Origin: Styela clava
Lineage: Eukaryota
Assembly: GCF_964204865.1 (NCBI RefSeq)
Contig: NC_135263.1
Location: 16,926,001-16,990,000, forward strand
DNA length: 64,000 nucleotides
Direction of reading: 5' to 3'
This document shows positions 49,847 through 62,300 of this stretch, in pieces. A program made the translations under genes and the position numbers. How positions within the stretch are numbered: the first letter of the stretch is position 1; the number at the start of each line of letters is the position of its first letter. The notes beneath the pieces are model-generated. The model saw nothing but the letters and a program-made list of their open reading frames with translations, was not told the DNA's origin and made no database searches.

Positions 49847-51803
49847 TGTGGTAGTATTTATTCCGCGTGTTTTTGATGCTTTTGTTTTCTTGTTTTTGTA
49901 ATTTGTTTTGATTATTATTGCTGTGTTACATAATGATTTAACGCCGAACGCGAGGATGAGAAGAGATCGTCTGCCACGTTTTGGGCGGTTACAGACAGTC
50001 GAGTTTTGTGTTTCGTGTGAGCAGTTCATGTTGAACTCATTTCACTTTGGGTTGATTTATTGCTGTTTTTAAAAAAAGAAATAAAGCCGCAGTCAAACCT
50101 CGGATCTTCTGTTTTTATCGTGGCAGATTTTTTGTAAAGTATAGGAAGAAAAAGCTACGACAAAATTGGCGGTCACGCCAGGATCCATAATTTGTGCGAA
50201 TTATTGATATAACGAAACGAAAAGGAACTTTTTATTGGCACCTCCACGAGGGGGGTGATTTTGACGAATTTATCAGAAGATTTCAGTATTCGATGTGATA
50301 GGACTAAAACAAATTCTTTATTGGCGATTCGTAATTTAACTTCTGGACAGTGTCTCATCATGGCGCCCACCTCTTTTACTGCAGGAGGCCTCTATATTCC
50401 GAAAGAGGAACATGTGAATGATGATGAATTATATTATCAGCGAGGTTGGTGAATATGTTCATCTTAATGGTCGTATGGGACGTTGTGGAAATTCGAAAAT
50501 GTATCAAATTGGTCCGGTCGTTCGTGAAGGTTCTCGCGCATGCACAGCAGAAAGTTCCCGACTGCATGGGTGATGGCATACTACATGATATTAATGGTCG
50601 TTTGAATACTCCCGTTGTATTGCTATGTCAAAGGTAGCAAATTTATCGTCCGGTTGTTCGTGAACTTTCTCGCGCATGCACAGCAAGAAGTTCTTGACTA
50701 CATGGTCAGTAGCATATGGTGAAGGTGCTATGGATACCAGTTTAGATCCAAAGGATGGAGAAAGTTGGGTACTCGGGACAAAAGAAGAACGGGCGGTGTT
50801 GACTATAGTCGTGCCAATGGAGACACTCTACTAGATTACGTCAATAGCAGAGTAGCTTCTACGTCAAACCTCAGGCTTCGATGATGATGACAATTGGGAG
50901 TAAAACCTGCATCTATTGATATGCATATTCCGATGTAAATAGATTTGAGCGCTGTCGAAATTCAGACATATCGTTTTATGTTATCAACGGGGGCATGTCT
51001 CAGCCCTTTAATTACGTTATGGTCGCTTCATAACTGAAATGAGCTGAACTATATTCTTGTTGTGAATAAGTGTATAATTTGAGTTGTGTTAAGGTGTTTT
51101 AACCAAGTTCTCGTGACCTAAAATGACTGCGATTTATTTTAACTGTTTTTATACGACTTGGTAGTTTTGTTGTTCACGAGTGTTCAGATTTCAAATTCAT
51201 AAGTAGTTTAATTCTAGTGTATATATATGTAAAGCACTAGTTTCTTATTTCGTTTTGAAGAGAATTTTTGTGTTTGGTTCACTCCTGTCTGTAGTTTGTA
51301 CCCCTGTTTGTACATTTTTTTGTGTTTATCAAGCATGGTAGGGAGGGCATATGTGTATAGAACTAATTTTTTTATTTCGTTTGGAGTCCGATCTTTGTGT
51401 GACTTTAGTATTTGAGTCTTGGTATTTTTTGATATTTTGTGTGTACAGCATGACCAGGAGGTCATGATATTTTAAGGGAGGGACTGTGTGATAGTAATTA
51501 TTCCGCGTGCGTGCTTTTGATGCTTTTGTTTTCATGTTTTTGTAATTTGTTTTAATTATCATTGCTGTGTTACATAATGATTTAACGCCGAACGCGAAGA
51601 TGAGAAGGGATCGTCTGCCACGTTCTGGGCGGTGACAGACAGTCGAGGTTTGTGTTTCGTGTTAGTGTTCATGTTGAACTCATTTCACTTTAAGTTGATT
51701 TATCGCTGTTTTTAAAAAAGTAATAAAGCCGCAGTCGAGCCTCGGATCTTCTGTTTTTATCGTGGCAGATGTTTTTTGAAGTATGACAAAAAAAGCTGCG
51801 ACA
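49847..51803 (+). mobile_element. Non-autonomous LTR element nested in gag
   Basis: ~316-bp LTRs at 49847-50162 and ~51487-51803 (TGTG...GACA), PBS TGGCGGTCACGCCAGG, PPT AAGGGAGGGA, and flanks TTCG/GTCG. Excision restores the gag frame YDLFEPIP. Confidence 0.88.
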
Positions 51804-54454
51804 GTCGAACCTATACCTTCGTCGTCGTAACCCTTACCACATTTTAAAGCCAATGATCGCGAGACTATTAAAATCCCGCAATTTTGGGTTCACTCTCCCC
51901 TTTAATGGATTCGATGTGTCGAATCTGCTTCTTCAAGAGCTGATATTACATCAGAAACGAGAATGTTTAATGAGGTGAGCTGTTCTTGATAGTTCAATTA
52001 TTAAAAAAAAATAGGGGCGGATTTGTTAGACATATGCGCTACAAATCCGTATACAAAACTTAAAAGGGCCTGGTAAAAAACTATGCACCGACAGAAGACC
52101 AAATGCTTTCATCATTTCTTAACTCAGAGGATTTAGGTAACCAATTGCCGTCAGACTTACTAAAAAAGTTATAGTTACTTATGAATCCAGATCATAGATG
52201 TGACCCTTTTGCTCGTGCTTTACCTAAAGTTTTTTTTTTGGAGAAATTGCCAATTCGAGATCTGAAATCAGTATTTTGCCATCACGTAAATATGCCGTTA
52301 AGTGAAAGTGTCATAAAACTTTACAAGCAATAAATGGTACTTCAATATCTACCTTTGGTAAATTACGTTTAGTTTTAACTTTCAACCATGATGTACTATT
52401 ACCGTGATCATTTAAGATAGCTGATGTGCCAATGCCAATTAAAGGAAATGTTTATTTAACACATTATGGACTTCTAATTGATTTTAAAAATAAGGTTGTA
52501 ATAGACCCACTTGTTGCGCTCGATTCTATGTAGCCTGGTTACTTCTCACGCACAGGAGATTGGAGACTTCAAAAACCCGTCCCAATAACTCAGTCCCGAC
52601 CCCAAACTTATATCGGTTATTTGTTACAACTAGTCCATGCTTTCAAGCAATTAAGAGTCTGTACACGGCCGGTTAAAGTGCCCCCAAATTCTTCTGTGCC
52701 TTTCAAGTGCTGCCCCAATATAACAATTTAGTGGCGACAATTTAGAATTCCCGGGATGAATAGAGAAACTTCTTAAACAGGACTGTGTCGCAATAATGCT
52801 GCGTCGATACCTTTGCAACGTCTACGTAACAACGTAAAACGTCATCAAAATAGAAACAAGTTATGATTCTCGCTAACACCACTTTCTTAAAACATTATAA
52901 GAACAACTACCGGTAATTTAAATTCGGTTTCAGCATTCCCCTCCGTCTAATAATAATGATGAATATGAAGCCTTATTTAAATAAATTTCCACAGATATTA
53001 ATAGTAGATTATAAGTCGCCGAAGCGTAAACATGTTAGCCATAGAATAGTTACGCCCGGATTCCCAGTCCTTGCGAAACCGCGACGCTTAGCGCCATTAA
53101 AAGCCGCCGCCGTTAAAGCCCAAATTAATAAAATGTTGGACCAAGGAGTCGTATCGCCCTCTAGCGAAGAGTGGTCATTATCCATCACAGCAGTCCTTGA
53201 AAAAAATGGGGATATAACCCAGACCATTATCGTTTGTGTGGTGACTTTAGATTATTGAACCTACAGACTTAAGAAGAATACTTATCCAATGCGCCACATT
53301 CAATCTTTTACCAATGAAGTTAGGGGATGTACTGTTTTTACAAAAATTGACTTAAAATCGGCTTATTTCCAAATTCCATTACACCCTGATAGGCGAAAAA
53401 TCTGCGATTACTACGGGGTTTAACAAGGTTGAATGGAACGTCATGTACTTTGGTCCATCGAACAGCCAGGCCAGTTTTCAGAGGCTAATAGATGATGGTA
53501 CTAGACAATTAACCAATGTATTTGCATATGTAGATGATATTCTTGTGTATAGTAAAACTGTAGACTAGCATAAGCAACGTTTGCATGAATTATTCGATCG
53601 CTCAAGAGAAAAATAGGGACCCAGAAGTACAGGCGCAATTAGCTAATCCAAGGAGTTCACAATTAGACTTTGTTGATACCTCAGTTCCAGGATTAACTTT
53701 GATTTGTGATTCTAAATTACTCAATAAGAAACCAGTCATACCTAAGAAATTTAGTCAACAGATTTGACTCATTGCATACCCTCAGCCACCCGGGAATTAA
53801 AACTACTCGGCATTTAATTCAAGCTAGATATGCATGGCCAAATATGAATTCGGATATTGGGAAAATGTGTCGTCGAGCTTGTATCCCATGCCAGAAATCT
53901 GAAGTAACGAGGTATACCATTTCCCCAATACAACCTATTTTAGCTCCTAATCCAAATTTAAGTTTCGTTTTGTTAGGGATAGGCACGGCAATAAAATTAG
54001 ATTTAGGTTTATCCTCGGCGGAATTAGTTTACGGATTGTCGTTACGTTTACCTTGGGATTTTTTTCAAACGATATGAATTAGGAAATAGAGTCTCCTAAT
54101 GAGTTTATATCGCGTCTTAGACAATTCGTCCAAGAGTTGAGACCAACCAACCCAAGAATTTCACAAAATAGAAAAACCTTTTATATCTGAGGAATTAAAA
54201 GATTGCACCCATATATTTTTACGTGTTGATGCAGTTAAAAAACCCTTAATACCGCTTTATATTGGTCCATTTCAAGTGTTGGAAAAGCATGCAAAATACT
54301 ATAAACTAGATATTAATGGTAATCCACAAACTGAGCCGAGTACTGAAACAGCGTTATTGTTTTTAAACAGGCTTGAACCGCCAACAACGCTTTCCGGCAG
54401 GGCGACACGCCAGAATCGCCAGCATGAATACGTTCATTATTAATTTGATATTAA

Positions 54455-56353
54455 ATGTACCGGTATGTATTAACTCTTATGCTTTTACTCTTAAATCCCC
54501 TAGCCCAACATTATCAGTAAACTTTTGTGATCCAAGGTACCTGTAGCAGAATACTCCATACCGGAACCACCCATTTGTAAAAGAAATATTATCACCCGCG
54601 TAGATTATTGCAATGCCACCGTACATAAATTATCGTCATAATATTGTGTGCATCTGCCAAAAATCTGTTACTGAATGGCAGGCGACTAGATTATTTTTCA
54701 GTTCGATTTATGACAAATCGAAATATGAGATTGCTTGATCTTTCGACTCCCTTATATTGCCAAGATTGGGTGCACTCTTTTAAGGCTGAAAACATAGGTG
54801 ATCTGAAATCAACCTTAAAAAACACTTGGGTCCACTAATAATGAAGTAGAATACGAATATAAGTGGCCAAAAACGACAACTGGAAAAGTTTTTAATGCAC
54901 ATTTAGCTCTCACTACAATTTACTACAATCATATTAAAGATATTCTTTTAGGTCCATTTTCAGGATTATCCACTTGTAGTATTAATTCGTGATCTTGTAC
55001 TGTAGTTACTCAAACAATTATTTGGAAAAATTACCCATTGATAGATAGATGAAAATTTTAATTCGAAAATGGCATTGCATTATAATACGTCAGGTGGAAT
55101 TTACCGATTAGATTTTCCGGAATTGGGGGCTAGCATCCACCAGTAGGGTTCATGTAGTGCCTATGTTCAAAGATGTTTTATTACAAAAACATTTTGCACA
55201 AATAATGGACTTTTATTTGAAACGCACCAATGTAACTCATTGAAAGTTGCTGGATTCATCAATTCCAAATATTCAAAACTCAGGAATAGTTTCGTAGTGG
55301 TGGATTCTGTTTCCAGCACTCTCACTGGCTTTATTCAGAAAAATACTGACAGGATAACCGAGGTAATTGTCGATTTATCGTCAGACACCAATTGTGTCAA
55401 CTGGAAAGTATTCTAACCCGAATATATAAAACTCTTAGCAAACAATATCCAGGTAAAATTTTAAATGAAGTATTAGGAGGCAAGCACGCTACTATAATGG
55501 TAGGGAATATCATCACAGAAATACACTGAGAATATAAATGTTACTATATTATATTACTATCATTATATTATAATAACAATACGTGTGCTACAAGGCCACT
55601 CGTGACGTTTCTGAACAAAAATAATGATACCATAGTTGCGCAGATAATTACAGATACGAATGTCTACGCGGGAATACACTTTTTTGAAAACTTCGTTTCT
55701 GGACGAACGTTTACTTTTTCAATCAATGGACGATATTATACTTATATAAATTACACTGTAACTTATACAAATGCCCACATACAAGCTTTACAGTCTACTT
55801 TAACAAAAATCAATAAAAATTTTAAGCCATTGGAATATCAAAAGATATTCAAATATTAAAAGATATTCCAAGATATGCCCCATGGAGGACAGTCCGGCTT
55901 CGAAGATTTTTATAATATTCTAATTTCGATCAATCATTTGAACTTGGTCAAAGAAAAGATATTATTGCAACACAAGCTGTCCTTCAAAGCCAATACTAAC
56001 AATAAATTAATATAAACAAAAACAAAGTGGAAGACAACCGATTTTATCCACCTTATACATGCTAGCATGGCACGTAGCTTAAGTTTTGGAGTATTGTATT
56101 GACCATACTCTTCCTAAAGCGTATGATACCAATACTAAGAACCTCAACAACGCCGGTATATAAAAGAGCTAGGCAATTTTGGGTAGATTTTAGAAACCCC
56201 ACTCAGGAGCTTAATCCTGTAGAACCTGGCCCAGACTCAAATAGAACAAAATTAGAAGACACGGAGACTGTTGTATTATACATGTCCCCCATACTTCCAA
56301 TAACCCACCCAATCTATAACCCACTCTTCCTTCTTGAAATTTTCACCTCTTGA
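54455..56353 (+). pseudogene. env: Class III (herpesvirus gB-like) envelope glycoprotein
   Basis: Signal-like MYRYVLTLMLLLLNPLA, VNFCD..YSIPEPPIC, ATRLFFS, YKWPKTTTG, CSINSxSCTVVTQTIIW, LCQLE..LSKQYPGKILNEVLGGKHATIMVGNIITEI, TCATRPLVTF..AQI..FSINGRYYTYINY, and hydrophobic FWSIVLTILFL plus tail. Confidence 0.8.
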
Positions 56354-57399
56354 TGTTTTTCTTATTTAAAATGTAAATATTTTGTTTTGGTGAATAAATA
56401 CTTACTTCGAAAAAAAAAAATGAAAACAAAAAACTATATATTGGTTTCATTGCTATGATCTTTGTTTTTTTGTTATTGAAAATTGAATTACTATTTTATC
56501 ATCAGGGATAACCTTAAATTCAGTCAATTTATTATGGTATAATTTCAGTGTTAACTAACAATTTTATGTTTTTTTTTGTTATTATTTTGTAAAGATCTGT
56601 ACAATTTTAAAAACGGTATTATGCCGAAAGCCCCAACTCCGTTTTTAGGGCCGAATTATTAAGTAGGGATATTAGCCAATCAGACCATGTTTTTAACAGT
56701 TAAAAAAAAAAGATAATATCTAATTAGCTCATTATTTCTTCTAAATTTGAAAAAAGTAATACCGAAACAATTTGACGTTAAATACATAATTGGTTTTCAG
56801 AATAACCACGTCAGTTGAAACAAGTTCTTGCCCTCGAGCAAAACCGCGCTGGGAAAGCCAGTTTTTAATTGCCCTGGTAACTTGTATCAAACTAGATAAT
56901 TGGTCCACTGACGCCTTTCTAAATCGGTTTAGAAGAATTACGAAGATATAATTGAGGACTTTAATTTAGTTTAATATAAATGGTACCGCGTAAGAAGCCA
57001 TCGCCTGAAGGCATGACATTCGTGTCGACCATCTTATATAAACGGTAAAATAACCCTTTAAGATTATTTACTGGTTTGATCGTGTAACTATATTCTTCTG
57101 TGTGTCGTCGTAATACAACAAGAAAAAGTTGGTGACTTTGTTATTTACTCGTAGTCGGCTGGGTTAAGCTCTGCCCTAACTGAGTCAAAGGGAATTCGTG
57201 TGCTGAGTTAAACTCTAGTTAACCGAGATTTTGTGCTTTTAACTAAGCTCTATTTAGAATTGCTTTAAAGATAACAAGCATCCTACACGAGTGTATTCAA
57301 ACAAATAATAAAAAGAAGATAGATAAAACGCACCGACTGGCGTCAGGTCACACCAGATTCTTCAGCAATTACGGATTGGAGTCCAAGTACCCGAGAGAT

Positions 57400-57940
57400 C
57401 ATCATAAACATGTTTATATGCAACCTGGTCGATGTTTGCATCGACAAGCGATTGAGAACACAATTGGAAACTCATGTTTACAAACATAAAGTTAGTCGAA
57501 CAGGACGCGCTGACAGACAACTTCGATAAATTAATGATATATGGACGAATAGGAAATTTTCAAGCGAGCGCATATCGAACTCGGAAAGGCAATAAATAGC
57601 CCGGTGCCCTAATCAGGGCTATGTTAGGAGGAAACAGGACAGCTGTATAACATTTGGAGATCTCCTGCTATCGATAGCACGTGAAAAAATAAATGTTACA
57701 CTTGTTCCACATTTGCATTACGACAGTCTGTTCGCTGGCAAGTACACCGACGAGCGATATGATCGCTCAAATGTTCTCATACGAAAAGCCCATACTGGCG
57801 CTTATTTTATCGAACATTATTACCTCGGCCGAACGTTCACTTTTAATACCGGCCAAAGTTTTATAAATACTTATTTATACTACACTCTGGCACAGCACAA
57901 GTCAACGCCAGAGTCCTATCGTTGCGCCTTTATCTGACTC
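57400..57940 (+). pseudogene. env: Second, divergent gB-like env fragment
   Basis: PGALIRAMLGGNRTA..FGDLLLSIAREKINVTLVPHLHYDSLFA and GAYFIEHYYLGRTFTFN..YLYYTL align with 55440-55770. Confidence 0.65.
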
Positions 57941-58340
57941 GTATAATTGCGAGTTGCGAACCAAACTTACGTCGATTGTTTACTTTACCTCGTGACACGA
58001 ATTGCAAAGATGAGATTAATGTGCTTCTTTCAATGGCGTACACAAACGTAATTAAAGCTCTCAATTCAGTACGTCAACATCAGACTTCGTAATACTTTGG
58101 AGCACGCCCTTTCATTCCTTACACAGACATCGTCGCTATTTGATATTTTAGACATTTCGCTATTTGATTAAGTTTGCAGATGTTAGTGTAACCTTTGGTT
58201 AGAATTAAAGTACTATAGCCTAATACCTTCGATACTACTGTACTATCATCCAACGGATTATAACTTCAATATTATACTGACTTGAACTTTGCCTGAATTA
58301 CTACCACCTTTCAATCAATCTTTTACACGGTACCGTTTCA

Positions 58341-59066
58341 ACCACTATCAAGACAGCAGGATGAATAACGAAGCCCAAAACCAGCTTCTGGCCGCTGTCG
58401 CATCAGTCCAGGACGATCAAAAAAAGCTGTTGGAACGATCGGAGGAACTGTCAGCCACAGAAGATCATGGCAACAGATCTGAAGATATCAAAAAGTTCCA
58501 GCAGGATGTAGCCCTGATCTCCCCTAAGATCGAGGAGATTTTGAAGAGAATGGAGATTTTGGAAAAACAGCAGGATGACTTAGAACAGTACGGCCGAAGA
58601 AACTGTATAATTCTTCATGGCTGCAAATCCGTGCCAGAAACGAAATACGATCAGTTCGAGGACTTCGTTATAAAATCCCTTAACAGCAACTTGAAGCTTG
58701 AGAGTCCTATTGTCAAATTTGATATTGACATTACCTATAAGTTGAGATCAAAATCCCCGAAGAACCCTATCATTATTAAATTTGTCAGAAGATCGACAAA
58801 AAATTTAATATATGGTAGGAAAAAAGACCTGAAAGGTAGCGGTTTGTCCATCACGGAGTCCTTGACCCGTAGTAGGCTCAAGCCGCTCACCGCTGCCAAA
58901 GAGGCCCTTCGGGAAGCACAAAGTGTCAACAATGAATGGGACTATCTACGCGTACTTGGACAGAAGGCGAGTTATATCTTGTTTAAATGATATCACTACT
59001 CTATCTCGTCCCCTGTACTCCAGGGCTGCTGCTCGTCTAATGGGGCTTAGCAAACAGGCTCACTGA
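58341..59066 (+). CDS. LINE ORF1 (coiled coil plus RRM, L1-ORF1p-like), frameshifted near end
   Basis: Heptad region, then DDLEQYGRRNCIILHG, IDITYKL, PIIIKFVRR, LSITESLT. Confidence 0.85.
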
Positions 59067-59300
59067 ATGCACCCTAGTCCTTTTGGCAGAGTGGTGGCCT
59101 ACAGGAGTGAAGGGGAATAAATACTCATCTTCAAATTTTTAATTTTCTCTGTCGAATAGGCCAGTACTTATCTAACTATAAGTTCTACATCTTTGTCTGG
59201 AAATTCAGTATTTTAACACTAGACTTTACTTCTTTACATTTTTATACTTTTTTATATCTATTTTATTTTTTGCCACAAACCGCCCACAACCATAAAACAT

Positions 59301-62300
59301 ATGAAATATCCATGTAGAAATTGCCACAAATCAGTCCGAACAAATCAGAAAGCTATTTTTTGCAATATTTGTTCTTATTGGATACATTTAAAATGCACTA
59401 ATATCTCTGGACAGCAATATGAAAACCTGCAATCTGAAGCTGATGAAATGCCTTGGTGCTGTTTCCTTTGTAAAAAAGAATGTTTACCATTCTCTTCTAT
59501 CTCTGATTCTGAAATACCAAAATTATTTTCTACTTTTCACTCAGAAAAAGCTAATGCCCAGACTCTTACAAAAATACTTAATCCTGAATACCTCAACCAA
59601 ATTTTTCTTGAGTCAACCAATACTGACACTAAAGAATTCATCAACATAGACAGTGTTTTCATGTACAATAGCTCAAATCAGTATATTTGCTCCAGTGATG
59701 TCAATGACCTTAAATTCAATGATAGTCTAAAACTAAGTGGCTTCAGGACTCTTTCAATCAATATCCGATCTTTAGCCTCCTTCAAAAACTACACAAAATT
59801 TGAAGCACTAGTAAATTCACTGAATTGTAAGCCACATGTAATTGCTATAAATGAAACACGGATTGTATCTGATACAAATGGCCACTTCAATGCATTGGAT
59901 GGATATGTTTTCATCTCTAATAGTAGATCTCATCACCGAGGTGGTGCTGTTGGTCTGTACATTCGAAATGACCTGAAATACATTGTCCGTAAGGATCTCA
60001 CTATCATATGCGAGAAGGTTTTTGAACCCATATTTATTGACATATCATTAGAAAATAAAACAATAACCTGCGGTACTATATATAGATCACCACTAACTGA
60101 TGAATTGAACAATGCTAACTTTAGACATCTTTTGTCCCAAGTTCTCTCAAAGATGAACAGGTCGAATTATAATTATATAATGGGTGATTTCAACTATAAA
60201 CTTATTGATGAGTCCAATATGAATACCAGCCTATTTGTTGATATTATGCAGTCTGGCCTATTATTCTCTGATAAACTGTCCCACCAGGATAACTTCAAGT
60301 TCTGCTACCTGTATAGACCACATCTGGACAAACGTATATGATAAAAAAAATTAACAGTGCTGTTTTAGCAGAATGTATTTCTGATCATTTGCCAATTGTA
60401 CAATGCTCTCTCCTAGAAAAGCAAATCCAAAACAGAATTGAAACACTTCGTCGCCAATTTACTTCGTCCAACTTGAATACTTTTATAAATGAATTGAATT
60501 GATATTGAAGACTTAAACAGCACACAGGATCCAAACATATGCTTTGAAAAATGTTTTGATAAATTCTCTACTGTTTACTCTCAGTCTTTTCCTTACAGAA
60601 CACAAACAAACAGATTAAACAAACTTTGGTATGATACTGGGTTACGCAAACTCAACAGAGTCAAACACAAACTTTATAAGAAATTAATAAACAACTAGAG
60701 CTGCGGGCAGCTTTAACAGGCTTCCCGCGTAAAAAAAACTGAAGACGCGTTTTGCTCACTGGAGCGTGAAAGCGTGGTCAGTCATGCATGCAATTTATGA
60801 TGGAGGACTTATTATCTGCATGTGATGTAAATTTCAAGTCTCTAAGTAGTGTCGTTCTCGAGAAGATGAAAATGTAAAATCCTATATTGCTCACTGGAGC
60901 GTATCGCCGAGGTCACTCATGCGTATCCTTGACATATCGTATCCGGAACATGTCCATTAATCATTGTTATGAATTTCAACCCAATAGCATGTATCAATTT
61001 TGAGAAATCGCAAAAAAACTGAAGACGCGTTTTGCTCACTGGAGCGGGAAAGCGTGGTCAGTCATGCATAATATTTGCATTTTATTGCTAGCTGAGAACT
61101 TCTGCACATTTGAGGTGAATTTCAAGTTTGTAGGACCAATTTGAAAAAAAAATAATAAAAATAAATAAATAAATAATAATAAAACACAGGAATACAATAG
61201 GTTCCCTGCTGACAAGCAGCGGGACGCCTAATAAAAACATAGATGACAAACACAAGTCACATTATAATGAATGCAGGAATCTTTATGCTCGACTTCTCCA
61301 TAAAAAGAAATCAAGTTATTATATGTCCAAATTTGCCTCTCCCAAAGGCAACATTAAGGCAGTATGGAAAACAATTAATGAACTAATCGGTAAAAATAAA
61401 AACAAGGACTTGAATGCAGTAATACACAAATTGCAAATAAATTTAATGAACACTTTTCCCAAGTGGCACAAAGATTGCTCGACAATATGCCACAACCAGC
61501 TAGCTGTGACAAAAATTACATTTCATATCTTGGGAAGCAAGAATCGTCATCCATGTTTTTAAGGCCTACTACAGCATTAGAAATAAAAAATATCATACGC
61601 GAAATGAAGCCCAAGTCAAGTTTTGGAATCGATGGTATACTATTCAAAATATTGAAATATATTCCAGAACACATCACTGATATTCTGGCATACATATTCA
61701 ATCTCTCACTATCTACTGGATTATTCATTGGAAGTTTCAAGACATCTAAAGTTCTTCCTCTCTTTAAAAAGGGTAGTGTCTCAGATCTTGGGAACTATAG
61801 ACCTATATTAGTCTTCTACCGTCGTTTTCTAGGATTGTCAAACTACTTTGAAACCAACAATGTTTTCCACTCGCATCAATTCGGTTTCCGCAAGCAACAC
61901 TCAACTGCTATGGCTGCTAATGTTTTGGTACACAAACTAACCAAGGCTTTTGAAGGCAAACAACATGCAATTGGAATATTCCTTGATATTTCAAAAGCTT
62001 TTGACACCATTGACCATTCCATCCTTTTAAGTAAGCTCTATCACTATGGAATTAGATTCAATTGGATCAGGAGCTACCTGCAAGACAGAAAACAAATTGT
62101 GCAATATGACAATTCATTCTCTACAAATATTTGTGTCATGAAGCACGGAGTTCCTCAAGGATCTTTACTTGGTCCAGATATGTCCAGGTGTCTGGAATCC
62201 TCTGAGTCAATCATGTTTGCTGATGACACTGACTTGATTCTTCATGGGGAAAACCTTGAAGATCTGTTCACAGTTGCAAACTACGAACTAGCCAACATTC

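Larger units (their letters stand above)
48977..57287 (+). mobile_element. Decayed env-bearing Ty3/Gypsy element (LTR-gag-pol-env-LTR)
   Basis: Matching LTR 3' parts at 48977-49249 and ~57014-57287 ending CTACA, and PBS TGGTGGCGCC. Gag 49642-52300 (KIPQFW, NPYTKLK, LGNQLPS), protease remnant, RT (KPRRLAP, FTKIDLKSAYFQIP, FAYVDDILV), integrase remnant (HTLSHPG..C..C, YIGPFQV) and a third ORF. Confidence 0.88.
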
